Of a DNA stretch of 64,000 bases, positions 26,409 through 36,308 are shown one piece after another. The notes below the pieces were generated by a model, which saw only the letters and a list, made by a program, of their open reading frames with translations, was not told where the DNA came from and did no database searches. The stretch lies in the NCBI GenBank assembly GCA_963662315.1, contig OY759353.1, forward strand, positions 480,001-544,000, in the 5' to 3' direction. Position 1 is the first letter of the stretch, and each line of letters begins with the position of its first letter. This DNA is from Geopsychrobacteraceae bacterium. Lineage in GTDB: Bacteria; Desulfobacterota; Desulfuromonadia; Desulfuromonadales; Geopsychrobacteraceae. A program made the translations under genes and the position numbers.

Positions 26409-28751
26409 ATGTCTGTCGTGTCTAAAATCATTTTGTTTGTTTTGGTTGTCATTGGTCTGTTGATCGGTGGGGGAGTTTACCTTCAGAAACAGATGACTCC
26501 GCAACGGGTTCGCGAGTACCTGATTCCCCTTCTTGAAACAAGTCTTGACCGCAAGGTGGCCCTTGGCAAAGTCGAGATCGGGCTGCTTTCCGGGATTACC
26601 GTTTACGATCTTGTCATCAAGCAGCAGGATAGTGCCGACGATTTTCTGACAGTTCGGCGGGTTGATTTATATTATGAATGGTGGCCGTTACTGACCGGGC
26701 GCTTCGTTGTTAACCAGGTTGCACTGGACCAGCCTGCTGTTTCAGTCTTCCGTCAGTCTGATGGACAGTATAATTTCAGTGACTTAGTCAACAGCAAGCA
26801 ACAGAAGCGTGCTTCCTACCGCGATAAATCTGTAGCAGTCGCCAATGAGTTGTTCAGTGTCCTGGTTAAGAAGGTCACTATCCAGGGTGGCTCGCTGTCG
26901 TTCGTTGATGCCAAGGAAAATTCTAAAACGCCTTATCGTTATAAGTTGTCCCAGTTAAACCTGAATGTCCGTGATCTGAATTTTGAACAAGCTTTCCCGT
27001 TTGATTTGTCGCTACGCTTTAATGATGCCCAGCTTGATCTTTCCGGTCACTATGACTTTGCTCTTAACAGCGGGGATCTTCTGGTTCATTTGTCGTCTCT
27101 CGATCTGATCCCTCTGGCACCTTATTATCGTCAACTTCTCCCCGGTAAACTGGGGGCTGGCAAGCTTACCCTGAATGTTGAAGCTGATTTTCAGCCGGGT
27201 CAGCTGTCCTCAAAAGGAAAAATATCAGTTGCTGATTTTGATTTTTCAGCTCATGCCCTGAGGCGAGTGGCAATAAAGGATATTGATGTATCGGCTGATT
27301 ACTCGATTGTCTTTGACCGTCGAACCAGGCAGCTGAATATCGCGACTCTGCTGCTCAAACTGGCCGATATCGGAATGACCCTTGACGGCAATATCGATCT
27401 TGCCGCTCCAAGTCCTGTTCTGGATATGGTTTTGTGGTTGAATAAAGTGGACCTCAGATCTGTACTGAACAGCGTGCCAGCCAGCCTGATGCGGGATTAT
27501 CGGAAATACAGCTTGGCTGGGATTGTCGACGGACGCGTTACGCTGCAAGGGAGTGTGGATAAACCAGGAAAATTATTCAGGTCTGCCCAGCTAAGCCTGG
27601 ATGATGTCCAGCTCAGTACTGAACACCTGCGACTTGGTCTGGCTGGGGAGATCAGCTATCTTAACGATAGCTTCAAAACCGATGACCTCTCGCTGTCATA
27701 CGGGAATCAGACCCTGCAGTTGAGAGTTGATGCACGTAAAGGTGGAGGCGGTATTTTTAAAGGGACGTTTACTCTGGCTGCGGATGTTTTTGATTGTAAT
27801 GAGGTCCTTGGTGCTGCTCATGTTTCCGGCACCTCTTCAACGGGTATAAATGCTGAAGCGGGGAGCGAAATTGGTTCATTTGATCTCCCCTTGGATCTGG
27901 TCGGTTCCCTGACAGCCAATAGTGTAAAATACCGAAATCTGGTCCTGGATCATGTTTATGCCGATGCCCAGGTTCATAATAATCGACTGCGGCTACAGAA
28001 TATCAGCATCAATTTCGGCAATGGCCGTATCAAAGGGGAGAGTAATCTCAACCTTGGGGTTCCGGGTCTAGCTTATTCCGGGGATGTTCAGCTTGATGAT
28101 ATCGATTTGTCAGCGCTGTATGAAGGGCTCTATCCCAACGGGATTTATCATCTCTCCGGAACCATGCGTTTGGATACCACTTTTTCCGGTTATGGAACCC
28201 GTAAAACCAGTGTGTTGAAAGCTCTGAATATGCAGGGATCTGTCCGGGTTAATAATGGTGTTGTGCGCGGTTTTCCCGTTATTGACAGTGTTGCCGATTT
28301 TGTCGGTGGCGACGGTTTACGTGATGTAACGTTTCGCAGCCTGCACGGACAATATCAGGTTGCCAATAACATTATCCATCAGAACAGTCAGCTCGAAGGA
28401 TCCCAGTTGCGCATCGCATCACAGGGTATTATTGACTTGGGCAGTTACGTGAATTTTAAACTCGATACGCGCGTTGCTCCACGTGTATTAAGGCGGTCTG
28501 GTGCCGTTGCTGACGCCTTGGCGATGTTTATCGATGATCAGGGGTGGGGGATGATTCCTTTAGAGGTGCAAGGCTACTTAGGTGACCTTAAAGTTCGCCC
28601 GGATGCCGCTGTTATCAAGCAAAAAGTTGCAGATAAAGCCAAGCAGGAGGTGCTGAATAACTTGTCTGAGCAGCTGAATAAGAATGACTCTGTTCAGGAG
28701 GGTGTTCAGGAAATGCTCGATAATACCCTGAATAAACTTTTTGGTAAGTAG
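26409..28751 (+). CDS. AsmA family protein
   Basis: N-terminal TM anchor, DGQYNFSDL motif, beta-rich repeats, C-terminal IPLEVQG and LNKLFG. Confidence 0.85.
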   Translation: MSVVSKIILFVLVVIGLLIGGGVYLQKQMTPQRVREYLIPLLETSLDRKVALGKVEIGLLSGITVYDLVIKQQDSADDFLTVRRVDLYYEWWPLLTGRFVVNQVALDQPAVSVFRQSDGQYNFSDLVNSKQQKRASYRDKSVAVANELFSVLVKKVTIQGGSLSFVDAKENSKTPYRYKLSQLNLNVRDLNFEQAFPFDLSLRFNDAQLDLSGHYDFALNSGDLLVHLSSLDLIPLAPYYRQLLPGKLGAGKLTLNVEADFQPGQLSSKGKISVADFDFSAHALRRVAIKDIDVSADYSIVFDRRTRQLNIATLLLKLADIGMTLDGNIDLAAPSPVLDMVLWLNKVDLRSVLNSVPASLMRDYRKYSLAGIVDGRVTLQGSVDKPGKLFRSAQLSLDDVQLSTEHLRLGLAGEISYLNDSFKTDDLSLSYGNQTLQLRVDARKGGGGIFKGTFTLAADVFDCNEVLGAAHVSGTSSTGINAEAGSEIGSFDLPLDLVGSLTANSVKYRNLVLDHVYADAQVHNNRLRLQNISINFGNGRIKGESNLNLGVPGLAYSGDVQLDDIDLSALYEGLYPNGIYHLSGTMRLDTTFSGYGTRKTSVLKALNMQGSVRVNNGVVRGFPVIDSVADFVGGDGLRDVTFRSLHGQYQVANNIIHQNSQLEGSQLRIASQGIIDLGSYVNFKLDTRVAPRVLRRSGAVADALAMFIDDQGWGMIPLEVQGYLGDLKVRPDAAVIKQKVADKAKQEVLNNLSEQLNKNDSVQEGVQEMLDNTLNKLFGK

Positions 28752-28759
28752 TAGGGAAA

Positions 28760-28797
28760 CAGCAACGCATGTCCGGAGCGCCAGTCATGCGTTGCTG
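28760..28797. terminator. Hairpin between convergent asmA and gor
   Basis: Perfect 12-bp stem CAGCAACGCATG/CATGCGTTGCTG; no clear U-tract. Confidence 0.5.
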
Positions 28798-28802
28798 CCA
28801 GC

Positions 28803-30167
28803 CTAACCGTGGCTACGAGTTTTACTGCGCATGGTCACGAATTCTTCTGCGCTGGTTGGATGAATACCGATGGTTTGATCAAAGATTGCTTTTGTCGCCC
28901 CCGCCTTTAAGGCGATAGCGATACCCTGTATAATTTCACCGGCATTTTCTCCCGCCATATGAGCTCCCACCACCCGGTCTGTTTCAGCATCAACAATCAG
29001 CTTCATCAAAATGCGGTCGCCACTATTACTCAAGGCGTGTTTAAGTGAGCGAAACTCACTGGTATAAATATCGACCCTGGAATATTTATCACAGGCCTGC
29101 TGTTCAGTCAGACCGACACAGCCAATATTGGGCTGGCTGAAAACTGCAGTGGGAATTAAGGAATAGTCAAGAGAGGGGGCTCCCCCCTGATAGAGGTGTT
29201 TAACCAGGTGCATCGCTTCGGCGAGGGCCACCGGGGTGAGCTGAATGCGGTCTGTGACATCACCCAACGCATACACTGAAGGGGTCGATGTCTGGTAGTG
29301 CTCATCAACGGCAATGGCTCCATTGACAACAGCGATGTCTGCATTATCCAGTCCCAGTCCATCAATGTTCGGTTTCCGTCCGGTGGCAGCCAGGATAAGA
29401 TCCGGTCTCAGCTGCGATCCATCATTCAGGGTGACGCAATAGCCATGACCTTCAGACTCTTCAACTTTGACAGCATCACAGTTGAAACGCAGGTCGATTC
29501 CTTTACGACGCATGTGTGTCGCAACATATTCCCTGATTTCATCATCGAACCCTCTCAGGAACAGGTCCCGGCGATATATTTGTGTCACTTCAACCCCAAG
29601 ACCATGGAAAATTCCCGCAAACTCGGTCGCAATATACCCGCCGCCAATGATCAGCATGCGTTTAGGCAGTCTGGCAAGATCAAAGATCTGATCGGATGAC
29701 AGCATATGTTCATGTCCAGGAATGGAAGGAAATTGAGGGGTTCCACCAACACAGATCAGAATCCGTTCGGCAGTATAGGTTTGATCCCCGACCTTAACCT
29801 GGTTTGGCCCGCATAGGGAGGCCCTGCCGTGGATGTAGGCAACACCACTTTTGGTCAGCATGCCAGCGATAGTGTCATTTGATTTGGCAATGAGGGCTGA
29901 TTTGTTGTCACGCAATGTGGCCCAGTCAAAATCCGGAGTTACAGGCTGCCAGCCGAACCCTTCGGATTGTTTGAACCCGGCACCGTATTCGGCAGCATGA
30001 ACATACAGTTTTTTGGGCACGCACCCTAAATTGACGCAGGTCCCGCCCGCCCTGGATTGTTCCGCGACCGCGACCTTGACGCCATACGTCGCAGCCATAC
30101 GAGCGGCTCTTGCACCACCGGACCCGGCACCGATAACAAACAGATCATAATCATAGGTTTGTGACAT
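28803..30167 (-). CDS. gor: Glutathione-disulfide reductase
   Basis: DYDLFVIGAGSGG, GGTCVNLGCVPKK, GGGYIA...YRR...LRGFD, LTPVA and IGIHPTSAEEF. Confidence 0.9.
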   Translation of the reverse strand: MSQTYDYDLFVIGAGSGGARAARMAATYGVKVAVAEQSRAGGTCVNLGCVPKKLYVHAAEYGAGFKQSEGFGWQPVTPDFDWATLRDNKSALIAKSNDTIAGMLTKSGVAYIHGRASLCGPNQVKVGDQTYTAERILICVGGTPQFPSIPGHEHMLSSDQIFDLARLPKRMLIIGGGYIATEFAGIFHGLGVEVTQIYRRDLFLRGFDDEIREYVATHMRRKGIDLRFNCDAVKVEESEGHGYCVTLNDGSQLRPDLILAATGRKPNIDGLGLDNADIAVVNGAIAVDEHYQTSTPSVYALGDVTDRIQLTPVALAEAMHLVKHLYQGGAPSLDYSLIPTAVFSQPNIGCVGLTEQQACDKYSRVDIYTSEFRSLKHALSNSGDRILMKLIVDAETDRVVGAHMAGENAGEIIQGIAIALKAGATKAIFDQTIGIHPTSAEEFVTMRSKTRSHG

Positions 30168-30191
30168 ACTGATCCCCCTTACGGTTGAGGT

Positions 30192-31580
30192 TCATCCAAG
30201 TTCGTTATATTCGCGTTCTTTGAAAATAACACCAAGATCATCGGCAACCTTCCGGCAGGCGGTCATGTCAATACCCGGATAACTCACTGCGGAAGCGACG
30301 ACTTCTGGGATATAATCGGGTGCCAGACGCAGAAAGTCTTTAAGCGCATCATACCCCTGTGGACCGAAATCTGACTGACAGAGGTGCTGGTAGGTTGTCG
30401 CATCGGCGGCATTGAGGGAGACCGACAGGGCATCGATCAATCCTTTCAGTTCCGGTAGAATGTTGCGTTTATGAACCAAGTTTGCCTGACCATCAGTATT
30501 GATCCGTATTTTAGCGTTGTGTTGTTTTAACCATGTGGCCACTTCCTTGACCAGATCAAGACGTAACAGCGGTTCGCCGTAGCCACAGAAAACGATTTCA
30601 TCGTAGGTGCTGGGATCTCCGATGGCGCTGATGACCTCTGCTGCAGTCGGTTCATGGTCGAGGTACAGTTCATGCCCCTTGACGACAAAATCGTGAAATT
30701 TGGCGCAGAAGATACAGCTGTTAGTGCAGCGGTTTGTCACATTCAGGTACAAAGAATTGCGGATCTGATAAGCGATTTTATGACTTTGATCGATATTGCC
30801 AAATCCGAACAGGTCATGACAATTGCGGCTGGTGACCCGTGCGACATCGGCGAAGGTCAAGCCTTTTATGGTCGCAATTTCTTCGGCACAATGACGGACA
30901 TAGGCGGATTCATTGCGCTTGCCACGATAGGGTTGGGGGCTTAAGTAAGGCCCATCGGTTTCAACCAGCATTTTGTCGATGGAGATTGCCTTCACGACCT
31001 CCCGCAGTTCGGTATTTTTTGGATAGGTTATATTGCCTGTAAAACTGATATAGAAGCCAAGTTCAATGCAACGACGCGCCATATCCGTATCGCCACTGAA
31101 GCAATGAACAACGCCGCCGACTTCGGCGGCGTTCTCCTCAATCATGATACGCAACAGGTCCTCATGCGCATCGCGGTCATGGATAATCAGCGGTTTTTTT
31201 GCTTTGCGTGCCAGACGAATCTGCTGGCGAAAAGCATTCTGCTGAATATCATGGGGGCAATGATTGTGGTAATAATCAAGGCCGATCTCGCCCAAAGCGA
31301 CAACCTTTGGTTCTGACAGGAGCTGTTCAAGCTGGTCCAGGTTCACCGGGTCGATTTCTCTGGCATCATGGGGGTGTACACCGACAGCAGCATAAATAGG
31401 ATCGTATCGATGGGCTAGGGCGACACTGATCCGGGAACTTTCAAGATCGCAGCCGATCGTCAACATATGGCTGACGCCATTTTTCAGGGCTCTGGCGATA
31501 ATGTCTTCAAGATCCTTTTCATATTGGCCGCTGTCGAGGTGTATATGACTGTCAACCAGCAGAGGTGTTGTAGTATTCAT
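30192..31580 (-). CDS. TatD nuclease fused to TatD-associated radical SAM domain
   Basis: DSHIH, GVHPHDA, GEIGLDY, VHCFSG, VETDGPY, then CTNSCIFC and FCGYGEP. Confidence 0.93.
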   Translation of the reverse strand: MNTTTPLLVDSHIHLDSGQYEKDLEDIIARALKNGVSHMLTIGCDLESSRISVALAHRYDPIYAAVGVHPHDAREIDPVNLDQLEQLLSEPKVVALGEIGLDYYHNHCPHDIQQNAFRQQIRLARKAKKPLIIHDRDAHEDLLRIMIEENAAEVGGVVHCFSGDTDMARRCIELGFYISFTGNITYPKNTELREVVKAISIDKMLVETDGPYLSPQPYRGKRNESAYVRHCAEEIATIKGLTFADVARVTSRNCHDLFGFGNIDQSHKIAYQIRNSLYLNVTNRCTNSCIFCAKFHDFVVKGHELYLDHEPTAAEVISAIGDPSTYDEIVFCGYGEPLLRLDLVKEVATWLKQHNAKIRINTDGQANLVHKRNILPELKGLIDALSVSLNAADATTYQHLCQSDFGPQGYDALKDFLRLAPDYIPEVVASAVSYPGIDMTACRKVADDLGVIFKEREYNELG

Positions 31581-31594
31581 GGATGTTGAACTCC

Positions 31595-31624
31595 AAAAAA
31601 GCGGGGCGCACGTAGCGCCCCAGC
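31595..31624 (-). terminator. Rho-independent terminator-like hairpin between metG and tatD
   Basis: Minus strand GGGGCGC/GCGCCCC stem followed by GC and T6. Confidence 0.7.
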
Positions 31625-31649
31625 TGTTATTTATATTTGAATCTTTATC

Positions 31650-33179
31650 TTACTCGGTTTCAATTCGCGGGAAAAGGGGGGCTGCTTTTTCAATCTCAAT
31701 CCCAGGAATTAGGCCTCCCCACTGATCCTGATCGATCAGCGAGAGGTTGTTCGCATCACCATTCAGAATACTGATAATACGGGCACCTGTATCCGGCATA
31801 AAGGGTGCGACCAACAGAGCGATGATACGAATCGATTCGAGCAGGTTGTACATAACTGTTGCGAGACGATCCTGCTGTTCAGGATCTTTAGCCAGTGCCC
31901 ACGGTGCGTTTTCGTCAATGTATTTATTGCCGGCTGAAATCAGCTCCCAGATGCACATCAAGGCCTTATTAAATGCGAGGTCATTCAGCAGCTCATCAAC
32001 CCTGTTAACGTTACTGGTAAACAGGTTGATAAAAGCCTGGTCTCCGTCAGTCGCCGGACCTGCACTCGGTAATAGCCCTGAAAAATACTTGTTAAGCATG
32101 GCCGTTGAACGGCTGACAAGGTTACCCAGGTCATTCGCCAGGTCAGAGTTGATGCGATGAACCAGAGCGCTGTGTGAAAAATCGCCGTCAAGGCCAAAAG
32201 GAACTTCCCTGAGCAGGAAATAGCGGATCGCATCGACACCATATTTATCGACGAGCATGTTAGGTTCGACAACGTTACGCAGGCTTTTACTCATTTTTTG
32301 CCCTTCAACAGTCCACCAGCCATGAGCAAATACCTTTTTGGGCAACGGCAATCCAGCGGAAAGCAGGAAGGTTGGCCAGTAGACAGCATGAAAACGCAGG
32401 ATATCTTTGCCGATAACGTGAATCGCCGGCCAGAATTTTTTAAAGTTGCCATCTTTGTCCTCAGGATATCCAAGGGCCGAGATGTAGTTGGTCAGGGCGT
32501 CGAACCATACATAGATCACGTGCTTGTCATTCCCCGGAGTCGGAATTCCCCAGGAAAAGGATGTTCTTGAAATCGATAAATCGCGCAGCCCCTCACGGAC
32601 AAAACTCAAGATTTCGTTGCGCCGTGATTTGGGTTGAATGAAGTCAGGGTTTGCTTCGATATGTTGCAACAGCTGATCCTGATATTTACTCATCCGGAAA
32701 AAGAAGGACTCTTCTTTTAACTTGGTCGTTGGACGGCCACAATCAGGGCAGTTGCCATCAAGCAGCTGGGTTTCGGTCCAGAAGGTTTCACACGGGGTGC
32801 AGTACCAGTCTTCATATTCACCCAGGTAAATATCATCTTTGGCCAGCAGCGACTTAAATTGCTCCTGTACAGTATGTTTATGGCGCTCCTGGGTGGTCCT
32901 GATAAAATCAGTGTTGGATATATTCAGTTTTTTCCATAATGCCTGAAAGCGTTTAACGACCCGGTCAGCAAGCTCCAGAGGCGTTTCGCCATTGGCTTTG
33001 GCGGCGGTTTCAACTTTCTGGCCATGTTCATCTGTACCGGTCAGAAACGCGACTTCAAAGCCGCGGGCCCGCTTGTAACGGGCCAGTACGTCACAGGCCA
33101 GTGTTGTATAGGCATGGCCAATGTGTGGAACGTCATTTACATAGTAAATTGGCGTAGTGATATAGAACTTGTTATCCAT
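31650..33179 (-). CDS. metG: Methionine--tRNA ligase (short form without C-terminal tRNA-binding domain)
   Basis: YITTPIYY, HIGH, CTPC/CPDC knuckle, KMSKS, ends LFPRIE. Confidence 0.98.
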   Translation of the reverse strand: MDNKFYITTPIYYVNDVPHIGHAYTTLACDVLARYKRARGFEVAFLTGTDEHGQKVETAAKANGETPLELADRVVKRFQALWKKLNISNTDFIRTTQERHKHTVQEQFKSLLAKDDIYLGEYEDWYCTPCETFWTETQLLDGNCPDCGRPTTKLKEESFFFRMSKYQDQLLQHIEANPDFIQPKSRRNEILSFVREGLRDLSISRTSFSWGIPTPGNDKHVIYVWFDALTNYISALGYPEDKDGNFKKFWPAIHVIGKDILRFHAVYWPTFLLSAGLPLPKKVFAHGWWTVEGQKMSKSLRNVVEPNMLVDKYGVDAIRYFLLREVPFGLDGDFSHSALVHRINSDLANDLGNLVSRSTAMLNKYFSGLLPSAGPATDGDQAFINLFTSNVNRVDELLNDLAFNKALMCIWELISAGNKYIDENAPWALAKDPEQQDRLATVMYNLLESIRIIALLVAPFMPDTGARIISILNGDANNLSLIDQDQWGGLIPGIEIEKAAPLFPRIETE

Positions 33180-33228
33180 TGTTTAATGCTCCCGTTTTAT
33201 ATTCGAAAAGAATGACATGTCATCAAGA

Positions 33229-34332
33229 TCAGGAATTTGCATCCGGCCCTTTAGGCCGGGGGGGACGGCGTCTCGGTCTCTTGCGCCGGCGCTGTGGCTT
33301 GGTGTCCGGATCTGCTGTTTCTGCAGGAGTCTGAGTTTTCCCCCGGGGGTGCGTCTCAGGTTGTCGCCTGTCCTCGGTTTGTTCACGGTTTTGCTGTTTT
33401 GGGGGACGTCTGCTGTTGCGACTGTTGCTCCTCTGGGGTTGCGCCTGCGTAGCTTCAGTACTGGGTGCAGGCTGCGGTTTGTTCTGTGCTTTGGCAGCCA
33501 TCGGCTCAGGAGTCCCTTCGGCCTGCTGTGAAGCCTGCTGTAAATCATTGACATGCATGGTGCAGCGTTCGCCATCGTGACAGGCGAGGGTGACCTTTTG
33601 TGCCAGGATGTCAAGAGCGACAACTTCGGCTTTGCCGTCTTTCAATTGAATCTTTTTGCCACATTTGGGCAGTGCTTTTTTCAGGTCATTGTAGGTTTCA
33701 TACTCATAGGCTAAACAGCATAACAGTCGTCCGCACTGACCGGAAATTTTACTTGGATTCAGGGCGAGCCCTTGGGCTTTAGCCATTTTTACTGAAACCG
33801 GTGCAAATTCACGCAAATGTGATGCACAGCATAGTTCCCGGCCACAGATTCCCAGTCCTCCAACCAATTTCGCTTCATCACGAACGCCAATCTGGCGCAT
33901 CTCAATGCGTGTTCGATAATGTTGGGCCAGGTCCCTGACCAGTTCACGGAAGTCAATACGGCCGTCGGCGGTAAAGTAAAAAATAATTTTCGATCCGTCA
34001 AAAAGATATTCGGCGCGTACTAATTTCATGTCGAGATGACGTTGCTGAACTTTTTGCTGGCAGAACTTAAGGGCTTCCTGTTCACGCAACCCGTTATTGT
34101 CCGCCATTTGCATATCACTTTCATTGGCGATACGTAAGACAGCCTTAAGCTTGGGGGGGGCTTCTTCAGGAGCTATATCCCGTGGTTGGGTGATGACAGT
34201 TCCAAGAGCGCGGCCGCGTTCGGTCTCGACGACAACTTTGTCCCCCGGCTTGAGGTCGAGTTCCTTGACTTCGAAATCGAAGAGTTTCCCGGCACAATGA
34301 AACGAAATGCTGACTATTTTAATAGGTTCCAT
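33229..34332 (-). CDS. PSP1/YaaT (RicT) family protein with basic C-terminal tail
   Basis: RIDFRELV, RQIGVRDEA, CGRELCC and SGQCGRLLCCL motifs. Confidence 0.92.
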   Translation of the reverse strand: MEPIKIVSISFHCAGKLFDFEVKELDLKPGDKVVVETERGRALGTVITQPRDIAPEEAPPKLKAVLRIANESDMQMADNNGLREQEALKFCQQKVQQRHLDMKLVRAEYLFDGSKIIFYFTADGRIDFRELVRDLAQHYRTRIEMRQIGVRDEAKLVGGLGICGRELCCASHLREFAPVSVKMAKAQGLALNPSKISGQCGRLLCCLAYEYETYNDLKKALPKCGKKIQLKDGKAEVVALDILAQKVTLACHDGERCTMHVNDLQQASQQAEGTPEPMAAKAQNKPQPAPSTEATQAQPQRSNSRNSRRPPKQQNREQTEDRRQPETHPRGKTQTPAETADPDTKPQRRRKRPRRRPPRPKGPDANS

Positions 34333-34367
34333 AAAACCTTTGTCCTTCAGTGTATTTGTATTTATAT

Positions 34368-35339
34368 TTATGCCGCAGCAATATTCAGGAGCATGACTTC
34401 CAGCGCTAATTGTCGATTGACATTACGCTGAAGGTGGTGGCGAGCCTTGTTCAGTTGGTCCAGCTTAATCTGAAGGCTTTGTTCCGAATGTTTCGCGGCT
34501 TCACGGTGCAGGAGTTCCTGCAGGTCAAGGTTAACCAGATCGGTGTCCGGGCGTCCATACTGCAGCAGCATGATATCACGAAAAAAGGCCTGGAAAATAT
34601 CCAGGTAGTCTTCAAGGTCGTCTTTATCTGCGGCCAGTTCTTCGGCAAATGTTAACGTCGGAATATTACTTCCTGCTGAAAGGCCTGACAAGGTTTGAAT
34701 CAGTTCTCGACGTTTTTCGAGATAAATACTCTGTTTGGTTCCCAGCGCCTTTTTGAAACTACCCTCAGATAAGGCCGCCAGGATCGCAATTTGTGTGGCA
34801 TCCAATTCCAGTCGGTTGCTGAGGACCGCTTCAATCTGATTTTTAGGCAAGCGCCGAAATGGCAGGCGTTGACACCGGGAGCGGATGGTTGTCAGCAATT
34901 TTTCGGGTTGGCCCGAAAGGAGAATGATAACGGTATCCGGTTGCGGTTCTTCCAGCGTTTTTAAAAGCGCATTGGCAGCGTTGGTGGTAAACTTTTCTGC
35001 ATTTTCAATCAAGCAGAACTTATACTGTCCTTCAAGTGGTTTTAAGATCAGTTGTTGCTGCAACTCCCTGACCTGGTCAATCTTTATTGTTGCCTCAAGG
35101 GTTTCTAGAATATGCACATCTGGATGAATATTGTTGTCAACTTTACGGCAGGCATGGCATTCTCCGCAGCCATTGTGCCGCTCGCATAGCAGGACCCGTG
35201 CAAAGGCCAAGGCCATCAGCCTTTTGCCAATACCGTCAGCTCCTTCGAACAAATAAGCGTGGGCTATTCTTTTATGAGCTATGGCGCGGCGCAGAATGTC
35301 TTTTTGCTGTTCATGGCCGATAATAGATGCGAAAGTCAT
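34368..35339 (-). CDS. holB: DNA polymerase III delta' subunit
   Basis: HAYLFEG, CGECHAC, HPD, ANALLKTLEEP and TIRSRC motifs. Confidence 0.95.
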   Translation of the reverse strand: MTFASIIGHEQQKDILRRAIAHKRIAHAYLFEGADGIGKRLMALAFARVLLCERHNGCGECHACRKVDNNIHPDVHILETLEATIKIDQVRELQQQLILKPLEGQYKFCLIENAEKFTTNAANALLKTLEEPQPDTVIILLSGQPEKLLTTIRSRCQRLPFRRLPKNQIEAVLSNRLELDATQIAILAALSEGSFKKALGTKQSIYLEKRRELIQTLSGLSAGSNIPTLTFAEELAADKDDLEDYLDIFQAFFRDIMLLQYGRPDTDLVNLDLQELLHREAAKHSEQSLQIKLDQLNKARHHLQRNVNRQLALEVMLLNIAAA

Positions 35340-35527
35340 ATGCTGTATACTTTTCTATGATTCTGTGTCACGGATGGCAGCTTTAAAACCCGCAGGTGTA
35401 AGGCCATGTATCGTTTCTGCTCGGATATTATCAGTCCTGTCTGTTAAATAATCTGCCATTATAGATAGTCCTGAAGGGCATAATCAAGGATAAAGGCTTT
35501 TATTGCAGATGATTTAAGGCAAAGAAA

Positions 35528-35556
35528 TTGAACTGGCGGCGTCTTTTGGCTATACT
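35528..35556 (+). promoter_or_regulatory. Candidate sigma70 promoter for rnc-era-der
   Basis: TTGAAC-17 bp-TATACT. Confidence 0.6.
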
Positions 35557-35603
35557 CCGCAGCAGTAATGCAACTGTATTGTGTAACGATTAACGGAGGA
35601 TTG

Positions 35604-36308
35604 GTGTCTGAATTTCTTGATTATCTGGAAAATGCGATAGGGTACAGTTTTCGCGATAAAAATTTACCTGTTCAGGCCCTGACCCATAAGTCGTTCAGCA
35701 ATGAACAGTCTGAACATGTTCCGCATAATGAGCGTCTTGAATTTCTTGGTGACGCTGTCCTTGAGCTTGTTATTTCGGAATGGGTGTATCGTTGTTATCC
35801 TGATATTCCTGAAGGTGGTCTAACTCGTATCCGGGCTGAGGTGGTCAGTGAAAAGGGGTTGGCGACAATAGCCCGCAAGATGAATCTTGGTCAGGGACTG
35901 AATCTGGGAAAAGGCGAGGAGCGTAGCGGCGGACGGGATAAGGCGAGTTTGCTTTCTGATGCTCTGGAAGCTCTGCTGGGGGCTGTTTTTCTTGAAGGCG
36001 GGTTTGCGGTCGTCTGTCAGGTGGGGGAGAAAATCTTCAGTGCTGCGGTCAGTGAGTCGGCTCAGCAACGTTATGGAAGTGATTATAAAACCTGTCTGCA
36101 GGAAAAGCTGCAGGCACACTACAATCAACTGCCTGAATATCAGCTAACTCAGGTTAGTGGACCCGATCACGACAGGGTTTTTTCGATGGAAGTGCGCTTT
36201 GCCGGTAAATTGCTCGGCAAGGGAATTGGTAGCAGTAAAAAGAATGCAGAACAAAAGGCTGCTGCTGCAGCCCTGGACCATCAGTTGGTCAGAGAGTTGA
36301 GTAAATGA
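35604..36308 (+). CDS. rnc: Ribonuclease III
   Basis: HNERLEFLGDAVL signature and C-terminal dsRBD; start at GTG 35604 is tentative. Confidence 0.97.
   Translation: MSEFLDYLENAIGYSFRDKNLPVQALTHKSFSNEQSEHVPHNERLEFLGDAVLELVISEWVYRCYPDIPEGGLTRIRAEVVSEKGLATIARKMNLGQGLNLGKGEERSGGRDKASLLSDALEALLGAVFLEGGFAVVCQVGEKIFSAAVSESAQQRYGSDYKTCLQEKLQAHYNQLPEYQLTQVSGPDHDRVFSMEVRFAGKLLGKGIGSSKKNAEQKAAAAALDHQLVRELSK

Noticed and set aside
31650..33179. MetG looks truncated at 509 aa
   Set aside because: Short MetRS forms without the C-terminal domain are a known class; all catalytic motifs are present.
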